IMG/VR virus record: IMGVR_UViG_3300032218_000674
Coordinates: 1-32,286 of that record
Strand: one strand, 5' to 3'
Length of the DNA: 32,286 nt
Source: a virus
Taxonomy: Duplodnaviria > Caudoviricetes
Translations under genes and position numbers: made by a program
The notes under the pieces: model-generated
Told to the model about the DNA's origin: nothing
Database searches by the model: none
Seen by the model: the letters and a program-made list of their open reading frames with translations, nothing else
Shown: positions 8,401 through 15,349 of the stretch, piece after piece
Layout of the letters: every line of letters begins with the position of its first letter
Position numbering within the stretch: the stretch's first letter is position 1

Positions 8401-8718
8401 ATGAACGACAAAACTTACAACGGCTGGTCAAACTACGCTACTTGGCGTGTCAACCTTGAAATCTTCGACAGCCTCGATTTATCAGAATTTGAGGACATAA
8501 ACGACAAACTTGATCCCGAGTTAGTCTGTCTTCACACATTGGGTGAAGCTCTCCAAGAACGTGCCGAATACTATGTTTTCGAATGTAACGGCCACAGATA
8601 CGATGAACGCGCGCCCTCTAGCCTAATGGAAGATTACGCTCGCGCTTTTCTGTCCGATGTGAATTGGCACGAAATCGCCAAGCACTTGGTAGACGATTAC
8701 ATCATGGAGCAAGCATGA
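8401..8718 (+). CDS. Phage early hypothetical protein (YNGWxNYATW type)
   Basis: ORF track; AATAGGTGTAAAC start motif. I recall the N-terminal YNGWSNYATW motif from other phage proteins (not checked). Confidence 0.85.
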   Translation: MNDKTYNGWSNYATWRVNLEIFDSLDLSEFEDINDKLDPELVCLHTLGEALQERAEYYVFECNGHRYDERAPSSLMEDYARAFLSDVNWHEIAKHLVDDYIMEQA

Positions 8719-8867
8719 ATGAAGAAGTCTTGCAAGAGCTAATCGAATTGCGCTCCCTTGGAGTTGCATCACTTGATGCGGTTGAAGCCGCCAAAGGCGA
8801 TCTAAGTCAATACAACAGCATGAAAGCAAGCGAAATAGCCTCGCTTTTAATGGAGTTGCATCCATGA
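8715..8867 (+). CDS. Hypothetical protein (50 aa)
   Basis: ATGA overlap with the previous stop, GGAG RBS; MNEEVLQELIELRSLG... Confidence 0.7.
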   Translation: MNEEVLQELIELRSLGVASLDAVEAAKGDLSQYNSMKASEIASLLMELHP

Positions 8868-8917
8868 TCTACGCAACCCTTGCTCTAATCCTTCAGATCA
8901 TATTAAAACGCAAATAA
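8864..8917 (+). CDS. 17-aa hydrophobic peptide
   Basis: ATGA overlap, GGAG upstream; MIYATLALILQIILKRK; ends just before the terminator. Confidence 0.5.
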   Translation: MIYATLALILQIILKRK

Positions 8918-8927
8918 ACCACCTTCT

Positions 8928-8953
8928 AAGCCGCCTACGGGCGGTTTTTCTTT
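8928..8953 (+). terminator. Rho-independent terminator at the convergence point
   Basis: CCGCC-TACG-GGCGG followed by TTTTTCTTT. Confidence 0.85.
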
Positions 8954-8955
8954 GC

Positions 8956-9165
8956 CTAGTCTTCAGGGTATTGATCGGTTGGACTAACGCTTCTGAGGCC
9001 GATACAGTCCAAATCAAGTTCGGTAGTCAAGCCGCAATTGTGGAAGTGGGCCGCCCACATGATAGAGATTCTCACGCCCTCGCTTGCGTTTCCATTGCCG
9101 ATTGTTTTTAAGATGAACACCTCATCCTCAGTCAAATAGAAGATTCTTTGTTTAGGGGCTGACAA
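8956..9165 (-). CDS. Hypothetical protein (69 aa), possibly small DNA-binding
   Basis: ORF track; overlaps the RuvC-like stop. KQRIFYLTEDE...ASEGVRISI loosely resembles a ribbon-helix-helix (inference). Confidence 0.65.
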   Translation of the reverse strand: MSAPKQRIFYLTEDEVFILKTIGNGNASEGVRISIMWAAHFHNCGLTTELDLDCIGLRSVSPTDQYPED

Positions 9166-9634
9166 TTCGTTTACCCTTTATTTGGCTTCTCCAGTATTCA
9201 GCAATAAGTAACGCTTCAGCCAGGTTTCCGTCCTTCTTTCGCTTTAATGGCGCTTCGGGCCAAAACATGCGTGCCATATCGAGAGATTCATCCTTGCTGG
9301 ATGTCAGACTGAAATACTTTTTCCACTTTTGTGGCGTCACCATGTGAACAGGGTAATTGGTTAACTCGCATATTGCAGAGATTACGCCTACAGCCCTGCC
9401 AAACTGAAAAGTTGACGCTACACCCTGACCAGGCATTGAGTGAACCTGCTCAATGCAGATTTCAGCACCCTCTCTAGGGTCGATTGCCTTTAGAAGCATA
9501 TTCTTAAACACCATCGCTCTGATGTGCTTATCTTCATGGGGAATCATAAAAGATTCAACATAATCGCCCATTGAATCAAGAACACCTATTGCACCAGATA
9601 CGGAACCAGGGTCGCAACCCACGAATAATGTCAT
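9152..9634 (-). CDS. RuvC-like Holliday junction resolvase
   Basis: FVGCDPG, IEQVHSMPGQGVASTFQFG, VTPQKWKK, DGNLAEALLIA. ATGA-coupled start at 9634. Confidence 0.85.
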   Translation of the reverse strand: MTLFVGCDPGSVSGAIGVLDSMGDYVESFMIPHEDKHIRAMVFKNMLLKAIDPREGAEICIEQVHSMPGQGVASTFQFGRAVGVISAICELTNYPVHMVTPQKWKKYFSLTSSKDESLDMARMFWPEAPLKRKKDGNLAEALLIAEYWRSQIKGKRIVSP

Positions 9635-10227
9635 ATTGAATCCCATTGATTAGCCATTGCATTGGCGATTCCTTGATAGGTTTCGCTCCTTATTTTCCAT
9701 CGGTCATCACTTGGTGGCAGTCTGTTTTGACCTGAATCTGTCTGATTAGCCCATCGTTTGCGTCCATTTACGATTCTTGGCTCGACAATGTTTGTTGGCT
9801 TTAATAAAGGCAGGTTTTTCAACCATAGGCACGTTGATTTGCTTGCATCATGACCAAATTGCCACGGCTGTATTGTTTGTGATGGCTTGCGAATCCTTGT
9901 GCTAATGCAGCCTATTGGGTTTTCCAAAGCAATGTGCTTGATTGGCGCATTAAGCAACAAACTAACAAACTCCAGAGCAAATTCAGTTTGAATAGCTCTA
10001 TCAGGTCGCTTTTTATTCCAATGCAACCCGCTTGAACATAGATAAGTACATGGAGGATGAGCAATCATCAAGTCCCAATTATCATTCAAAATATCATTCA
10101 CATCACCCATGTGATGCGGGCCAGGCACGTCCGTTGGCAATAAATCACAACTCATTGCATCATGCCCTGCCTTGATAAACGCATCACGCACACGGCCCGA
10201 GTATTCACAAGCAACTAATACTCTCAT
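9631..10227 (-). CDS. Compact DNA cytosine (C5) methyltransferase-like protein
   Basis: Degenerate motif I (VACEYSG), catalytic HPPC, ENP motif VI, and C-terminal RSETYQGIANAMANQW. Confidence 0.75.
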   Translation of the reverse strand: MRVLVACEYSGRVRDAFIKAGHDAMSCDLLPTDVPGPHHMGDVNDILNDNWDLMIAHPPCTYLCSSGLHWNKKRPDRAIQTEFALEFVSLLLNAPIKHIALENPIGCISTRIRKPSQTIQPWQFGHDASKSTCLWLKNLPLLKPTNIVEPRIVNGRKRWANQTDSGQNRLPPSDDRWKIRSETYQGIANAMANQWDSI

Positions 10228-10598
10228 GCTGCTTTTCTTAATTCACGTATTGCATCACGAGTTATACCTAAATTAAACACATTATTGAATTTAAATTTAG
10301 CATTTAGTTTATTTAAATACCTTTTTTTGGTCAAATTATCATCTCTTACTGGCTTTTTAGCATCTGGTTTATCTCCTAGATCATAAACTGGCCTAGGGTA
10401 ATATCTTAATTTTGCATCATCATAAACATAATTTGCAATATAAATACGTTTACTGATTCTTGGATGACTACGCATTAACCTTGTTATTGTTGCTGCCAAT
10501 AATCTTTTCTCAATATTTAAATAGTCCTCCATCTCTGAACGAGTTATTGGCCCGTTTTCTTTAATTGCATTGATGATTGAGTCAATGTGGCTAGTCAT
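10224..10598 (-). CDS. Hypothetical winged-helix-like protein (AT-rich gene)
   Basis: ENGPITRSEMEDYLNIEKRLLAATITRL looks HTH-like; ATGA-coupled on both sides. Confidence 0.7.
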   Translation of the reverse strand: MTSHIDSIINAIKENGPITRSEMEDYLNIEKRLLAATITRLMRSHPRISKRIYIANYVYDDAKLRYYPRPVYDLGDKPDAKKPVRDDNLTKKRYLNKLNAKFKFNNVFNLGITRDAIRELRKAA

Positions 10599-11071
10599 GC
10601 AGTCTCCAATGCCTTGATCTTCTTTGCTTTACCCAAACGAATAAAGTCCTCAACAATGTCTAATGCTTTCTCCAGCTCCTTGACTGTGCAGACCTTGAGT
10701 TGCTCATCATGTACCGCCAATGCAACCTTGACTAACTGCATCTCAGGGCCAGTAAACAGAAAAGACTTGCCAGACACGCCACGAGTCGCCATTGAATTTA
10801 AGGCGTTTTGAGCCTCTAAAAGCTCATCAAGCCAGTCTACCCCTATTCCCATAAAACAAAGCGTCTCAGCTATGTTTAAAGCCGAAATAAGCACATCCAC
10901 ATGGTCTTTATCTCCTCTGCCATGAAGAATCTCATCTAAAGCAGCATGGTTTCGGGCTAAAAGCCTTGTTCCGGCAACTGGCAGGTTTGCAATTGTTCTC
11001 ATGCCTGAAAGTATCCAAGTTAGGTTGTCGCAGTTAACGGATTTTGGTTTGTATTTTGATTTTTTACGCAT
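10595..11071 (-). CDS. Hypothetical protein (158 aa)
   Basis: Start chosen at MRKKSKYKPK, right after the upstream stop (GGAG RBS). Confidence 0.75.
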   Translation of the reverse strand: MRKKSKYKPKSVNCDNLTWILSGMRTIANLPVAGTRLLARNHAALDEILHGRGDKDHVDVLISALNIAETLCFMGIGVDWLDELLEAQNALNSMATRGVSGKSFLFTGPEMQLVKVALAVHDEQLKVCTVKELEKALDIVEDFIRLGKAKKIKALETA

Positions 11072-11072
11072 T

Positions 11073-11921
11073 TCAGTCTCCACAAAAGCAAGCAATGGCT
11101 TCTTCGTTTGGGTCAATATTGCCAAACATATCTGTTTGTTTTGTTGCAAAAAGATACATTTCTTTGTAACTTGGCCTGTCTTTTCTAAATTTCGCACCAT
11201 CACCATAGGTTTTATTGCTGGACTGAGCATGAGCTTCCATATTCATCCACCAAATAGCACGTTCTGGTTTTTCGGCAATCAATGACATTACTTGGTGAAC
11301 TGGTTTTAGAAAACATAAATCACAGTTTCCATGCATCGTTACACCATTCATATTTGGCAATCCAAGATCAAAAGATTGCTCTCTCCAGAATTTACCAACT
11401 GTTTCTTTTGTAACTCCTGCCGTAACCAATGGAGTCCTACTTCTTTCCATCTTGGCGGCTCTACGCATTTCGTCTGCCCTAATTCCAACCCAATCTGAGT
11501 TCTCATCGTGATCACGACCAAGGGACTTCAAATAATGATTTATTGGCCTGATCTTTAGTTTTGCAGTACAAATCCTTGCCACTGGGTTTGGCAGGTATGG
11601 CGATCCGTTTTGGTCAATCAACTCTGCAAACGGCTCACCACCTCTTGATGCCGTTTCGTAAGTTACTCGCTTAAAGCGTTTTGCAGGTATTTCATCGTAT
11701 TTGTACTCAATCCAATGAATCTCAACGCCCCAATTTGTTTCGCAATCGTGAACGAATTTCAAGGTTGCTTCTTCTTCCTTTCCTGTGTTGGCAAAGCAAA
11801 CAATTGCATCCTCTGGCAACTTCATTTGATTGGCCTCAAGGATTCTCCAAAGCATGTAAGCGGAAGTCCTGCCTCCAGAAAAGCTAATGCATGTAGGCTC
11901 AGTTATCAGAAACGGATTCAT
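11073..11921 (-). CDS. PAPS-reductase (CysH/DndC superfamily)-like PP-loop protein
   Basis: PP-loop ISFSGGRTS, FANTGKE, RICTAKLK, VGIRADE, GNCDLCFLK and terminal CFCGD. Confidence 0.85.
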   Translation of the reverse strand: MNPFLITEPTCISFSGGRTSAYMLWRILEANQMKLPEDAIVCFANTGKEEEATLKFVHDCETNWGVEIHWIEYKYDEIPAKRFKRVTYETASRGGEPFAELIDQNGSPYLPNPVARICTAKLKIRPINHYLKSLGRDHDENSDWVGIRADEMRRAAKMERSRTPLVTAGVTKETVGKFWREQSFDLGLPNMNGVTMHGNCDLCFLKPVHQVMSLIAEKPERAIWWMNMEAHAQSSNKTYGDGAKFRKDRPSYKEMYLFATKQTDMFGNIDPNEEAIACFCGD

Positions 11922-12129
11922 TTTTTACGCCTTTCAATTCTTCAATTCGTTGCTTGACCAAGATACCTAGACCATCCCATATGCCGGATTGATCCTGTTG
12001 CATCTCTAAAACTCTCCACCTGGCATGCTCCAAAGTCGCTAGATTCAGTGCCATCTGTGCGTAGTGGCTCACCAGACGATCCCGAAAGTCTTGAAAATCC
12101 AAGGTCGCCAGTGGTTGTGAGTGCGTCAT
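11899..12129 (-). CDS. Hypothetical protein (start at ATG 12129 or TTG 12102)
   Basis: Helical amphipathic sequence ending across the next gene start. Confidence 0.6.
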   Translation of the reverse strand: MTHSQPLATLDFQDFRDRLVSHYAQMALNLATLEHARWRVLEMQQDQSGIWDGLGILVKQRIEELKGVKNESVSDN

Positions 12130-12202
12130 TGATTAACTGTTGCGAAACTGCAACACCTTGTTTGGCAGAGTTAAGGATTCGATTGGCTTGATTCTTGGTC
12201 AT
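11942..12202 (-). CDS. Hypothetical protein (86 aa)
   Basis: ATGA-coupled to the upstream gene. The N-terminal third (MTKNQANRIL...TGDL) looks natural; the rest overlaps the next ORF. Confidence 0.55.
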   Translation of the reverse strand: MTKNQANRILNSAKQGVAVSQQLINDALTTTGDLGFSRLSGSSGEPLRTDGTESSDFGACQVESFRDATGSIRHMGWSRYLGQATN

Positions 12203-12567
12203 AACGCTTGCCTTAATCTTTGCAAGGTTTGACGGACATGATCTGGCATTGGTGCAGCCTTCATTCTGTCTGCTTCAATCTTGGCTAATGCAGGGTCTTT
12301 ATAGGACACTGAGAGCGTTATTTCCATCTCAGGTATATCAGCCCCATCCCAACGCTGTTGATTGATGTAAACAAGGGGAGCAGGAATGAAAGTGCCGTTT
12401 GCTTTTTTCCAAGCTTCTGTTGTTTTCTGCCATTCGACATGCTTGACGATTTGTTCAGCTTGTAGGTCGAGTTTCATTTTGTCCCATTTTGCCTTGCAGG
12501 TTGACCTAGCACCTTTTCTTGTTGATGCTGGCCAGACTTGCCAGAATGTTTCAAAGTTCATATTCAC
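12199..12567 (-). CDS. Replication initiator/replisome-organiser C-terminal-domain-like protein
   Basis: FETFWQVWP...K..C..KW.K...FIPAPLVYINQQRWD resembles the C-terminal domain of phage replication proteins. Confidence 0.65.
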   Translation of the reverse strand: MNMNFETFWQVWPASTRKGARSTCKAKWDKMKLDLQAEQIVKHVEWQKTTEAWKKANGTFIPAPLVYINQQRWDGADIPEMEITLSVSYKDPALAKIEADRMKAAPMPDHVRQTLQRLRQAL

Positions 12568-12764
12568 TCCAAATTATATAAACCAGTCCATTGCTCGGTC
12601 TGTTGTTTCATCAGATCAGGCAAAAGATTGAAAAGCACTTTTGTTTGTTCTGGAGTGATCAAAAACATGGTGTTTCTGCCACATTCAAAGCAATCTTGTT
12701 TTATGACAAGGTATCCAGCATCAGATACGTAGAATTCAGTTGGATATGAATCAGCGAGGTGCAT
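12564..12764 (-). CDS. Hypothetical protein (66 aa) with CxxC
   Basis: ORF track; AGGAG RBS. Confidence 0.75.
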   Translation of the reverse strand: MHLADSYPTEFYVSDAGYLVIKQDCFECGRNTMFLITPEQTKVLFNLLPDLMKQQTEQWTGLYNLE

Positions 12765-13071
12765 TTTTATCTCCTTTTAAAAATCTGTAATCAGTTTCAT
12801 GTTTGTTGCCTTTTTCTTTGTTGCATCTACAACATAAAACCTGCAAATTGTTGAAATCAAGCGACAATTCTGGATGAAGTTTTCGGCACTTTATGTGGTC
12901 AACATGGGTCATTTTTGGATTCTTAGGTGTCCTCTTACATTTCATGCATTTACGACCATAAGTTGCCACAACCAACCCTCTTAACTCTTTCCATTCCTTG
13001 CTTGTCAGAAACGACTTGCTTTGTCTCTTTATCCTTGAAGCTATCAAGTTGTCTTGCTTGCCATACTTCAT
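12751..13071 (-). CDS. HNH endonuclease (McrA-like, 106 aa)
   Basis: WKELR...CMKC...HVDHIK...NLQVLCCRCNKEKGN. Confidence 0.85.
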   Translation of the reverse strand: MKYGKQDNLIASRIKRQSKSFLTSKEWKELRGLVVATYGRKCMKCKRTPKNPKMTHVDHIKCRKLHPELSLDFNNLQVLCCRCNKEKGNKHETDYRFLKGDKNAPR

Positions 13072-13351
13072 GCTTGTACCCTGTATATCTGCTTTCTGGT
13101 GAGTGTTGGAACAAAGCAAAGCCTTACCGTGGTCAAAACCAAAGTTCGCTCTGCTTTGATAACTGCTTTTCGGAGCCGTGTCATCACAATGCATTGGACA
13201 GACTTACATGACTCAAGGCGCATTGCTGCGAGGCTCTTGTCACTACCACCAGGTTCTATCCTTAGCCCACCTTCCCTGCTCTGGTTTGCTCGTGTTACAG
13301 GGTATCTCATGCCTAACCACTGACGTACCGCATTAGGCTGTCCAAAAGCAA

Positions 13352-13469
13352 AAACCCCGCAAAATGCTCTGTGGTCTTGGCTCTTGGCGAGAGCAACAGC
13401 AAGACGATTGAACTGAGTCAAAAGACTCGCTTGCTGCTTGTCAAGACCACACAGAACTCTGCGGGGTTT
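13352..13469 (-). ncRNA. C4/CI-type antisense RNA candidate
   Basis: Nested stems 13352-61/13460-69, 13370-79/13442-51, 13397-403/13430-36 and 13415-19/13424-28, plus hairpin 13380-94. The unpaired bulge and loop are complementary to the upstream leader. Confidence 0.75.
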
Positions 13470-13472
13470 GAT

Positions 13473-13505
13473 ACTCAGTTCATCGTCCAGATGCCACTCT
13501 AGACG
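13473..13505 (-). promoter_or_regulatory. Leader target (a1/b1- or seqA-like) of the antisense RNA
   Basis: Minus-strand hairpin CGTCTAG-AGTGGCAT-CTGGACG followed by ATGAACTGAGT. Confidence 0.7.
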
Positions 13506-13511
13506 AATCGG

Positions 13512-13538
13512 ATTATACACAGACAAGAACATTGTCAA
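13512..13538 (-). promoter_or_regulatory. Sigma70-like promoter for the antisense-RNA operon
   Basis: TTGACA (13538-33) and TATAAT (13517-12), but with only a 15-nt spacer. The predicted start (~13505) coincides with the leader hairpin. Confidence 0.6.
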
Positions 13539-13548
13539 GTAGGGGTTT

Positions 13549-13854
13549 TTACTGATCTTTGTAAAAAATACCATCTTCACCCATGTGACCAGTCCGATCC
13601 TTGATCTCCTGGTACGCACCTTCAAGGCACTTAACTAAGTCAATGTCTGCCAATGCACACAAGTTGATCAAGCAAACCATTACGTCACCCACACCATCTT
13701 TGATCTCAGCATCATCCCTGTTTACCAGACCTAACCTGAGTTCTTCCATCTCCTGACAAGCCTTTATCCACTGTGCCATTGGAGTGCTGTTGGGAATGAT
13801 CTTTCGAGCTTCTGCCCACTGGATCACTTTCATCTCTACTTCTGCGTAACTCAT
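13549..13854 (-). CDS. MazG-like nucleoside triphosphate pyrophosphohydrolase
   Basis: QEMEEL...EIKDGVGDVMVCL...AYQEIKDRTG all-alpha NTP-PPase pattern. Confidence 0.85.
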   Translation of the reverse strand: MSYAEVEMKVIQWAEARKIIPNSTPMAQWIKACQEMEELRLGLVNRDDAEIKDGVGDVMVCLINLCALADIDLVKCLEGAYQEIKDRTGHMGEDGIFYKDQ

Positions 13855-14240
13855 GCTGCCACTCCTTTTGGATAAACCAAGCGTTGATCAAACTTTGATG
13901 GATGTTTCAAGAAGTCGTAAGCACCAGGTCGCATGCAAGTGTTCAGCAATTCCTTGCCGTCATAGATGCCTTCAGCAGTTCCAGCCACGATCTTGCGAAC
14001 AGGAGTCAGTACAGGCTTGTTTGCCAGTGCTTTGCGTCCATGTTCACTGATGTGCCAATGAATGTCGTTGCTTTGCTCAATAGCCACCACAAGACCAATG
14101 CGTTCCATCTCAAACAAGTAGCGTTCAAAATGGACAGCCATGTGACTGTGATCTGTTGAGTTATGAGTGAAGTGCTTAGTGGTTTTAGGCCCATTCTCTA
14201 GGCGTTTGAGCAAGTCACGATATGCGTTTCTTAATGTCAT
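13851..14240 (-). CDS. Hypothetical winged-helix-like protein, first gene of the leftward operon
   Basis: LLKRLENGPKT...YLFEMERIGLV...WHISEHGRKAL resembles a wHTH; AAGGA RBS. Confidence 0.75.
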   Translation of the reverse strand: MTLRNAYRDLLKRLENGPKTTKHFTHNSTDHSHMAVHFERYLFEMERIGLVVAIEQSNDIHWHISEHGRKALANKPVLTPVRKIVAGTAEGIYDGKELLNTCMRPGAYDFLKHPSKFDQRLVYPKGVAA

Positions 14241-14271
14241 TGTCAGTCCTTTGTTGATTGTTGACCAGTCA

Positions 14272-14345
14272 ATCCTAGTCTAAAAAAAAGATGAGTCTAT
14301 TAGGGTTTTACCTAGTTCACAGCAGTTGACAAACGAATCACAATC
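14272..14345. promoter_or_regulatory. Divergent promoter region with palindrome TAGGGTTTTACCTA
   Basis: Intergenic between divergent operons; palindrome at 14301-14314. Weak hexamer pairs TTCACA-17-CACAAT (+) and ATAGAC-17-TAGGAT (-). Confidence 0.55.
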
Positions 14346-14374
14346 ATCTCGTCATCAATCAACAGGAGTAACTA

Positions 14375-14629
14375 ATGACAAGCAAAATGACTGACTACAA
14401 ATACAGCTTTGCGTCCTATCTGGACGATATTGGCGATGTGACTGTCGCTTATGACTACATCGAGCCAGAACCAGAATACTACGAAAAAGAAGATTGGGAT
14501 TTTGCCGTATTCGATGAAAACAACAATGTGATCACTTACGACATTCCTCGCAAACAATGGCTTCAAATCTACAAAGAAGTTCAAGAGAAATTTAAAGAAT
14601 CTGTAACCCACTGGAACGAGTACACATGA
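14375..14629 (+). CDS. Acidic hypothetical protein (84 aa)
   Basis: ORF track; AGGAG RBS. Confidence 0.8.
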   Translation: MTSKMTDYKYSFASYLDDIGDVTVAYDYIEPEPEYYEKEDWDFAVFDENNNVITYDIPRKQWLQIYKEVQEKFKESVTHWNEYT

Positions 14630-14817
14630 CTATTGACCAAATGAACGAATATCTGCGCATGGCAGGTGTTGACGAAAACACCATTGTTGCAATGAACAAT
14701 GCTTACAAACTAGGCGCAGAGTGGGAGCGTGATGTTTCCTGCTCTATTGTGTTTGACCAAGTGCAAGATCATCACACTGCACAACGTATTGTTGACATGA
14801 TAAGGATTAGAGAATGA
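14626..14817 (+). CDS. Hypothetical protein (63 aa)
   Basis: ATGA coupling. Confidence 0.75.
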   Translation: MTIDQMNEYLRMAGVDENTIVAMNNAYKLGAEWERDVSCSIVFDQVQDHHTAQRIVDMIRIRE

Positions 14818-14980
14818 AAGACTATGAAGACGAAGCATTTGACGACATTGAAAACAAGAGGTGAAGAATGACAGATTCACTATGGCGTAAACGCCGGAGG
14901 AACTCAGGGAAAACACCTATTCCAAACAAGTAAAAATGTGGGAAGATTCAGTTGTCAATATTTTTTAACAGGAGTAAACA

Positions 14981-15160
14981 GTGAAGCACATTCTTCAACA
15001 GTTCATCGAGGACGAGGCAAGCACAGAGTTCTGTTGCTATTGCCGCGAACCAAAAGGCGACAAGCTCACTTGCTGCCAGGAAAACCACTTCATTCCATTG
15101 TCTGACTTTGATCAGACAACACAGATGGAGATTGCAAAGGACATTCTTGATGTTGAATGA
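14981..15160 (+). CDS. Cys-rich hypothetical protein (59 aa, GTG start)
   Basis: Hand-translated MKHILQQFIEDEASTEFCCYCREPKGDKLTCCQENHF...; strong AGGAG RBS; below the ORF-track cutoff. Confidence 0.75.
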   Translation: MKHILQQFIEDEASTEFCCYCREPKGDKLTCCQENHFIPLSDFDQTTQMEIAKDILDVE

Positions 15161-15338
15161 TTGCAACCCAACCACTAGGATGTATCCACGTACTCTCAAC
15201 GAGGCGTTTCCTAAACACTGCGATTATTCAAATGCTATCGAGTGTCCTCCAGAAACCATTTCATTGCACGACATCGTTGTTTCAACTTTGGGTGTGTGCA
15301 TGTGGATTGGTCTGATTTATTTCTTTGTCAAATACTAA
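15150..15338 (+). CDS. Small protein with C-terminal TM helix (62 aa)
   Basis: MLNDCNPTTRMYPRTLNEAFP...IVVSTLGVCMWIGLIYFFVKY. Confidence 0.7.
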   Translation: MLNDCNPTTRMYPRTLNEAFPKHCDYSNAIECPPETISLHDIVVSTLGVCMWIGLIYFFVKY

Positions 15339-15349
15339 AGGTGTTAAAA

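Noticed and set aside
8599-8609. ACGATGAAC as a second target of the C4-like RNA
   Set aside because: A 9-nt match inside a coding region without the paired TGGC hairpin; plausible by chance.
13068-13625. 185-aa ORF across the antisense RNA
   Set aside because: It starts inside the MazG-like gene upstream of the promoter and crosses strong stems; only the last 80 codons are kept as a possibility.
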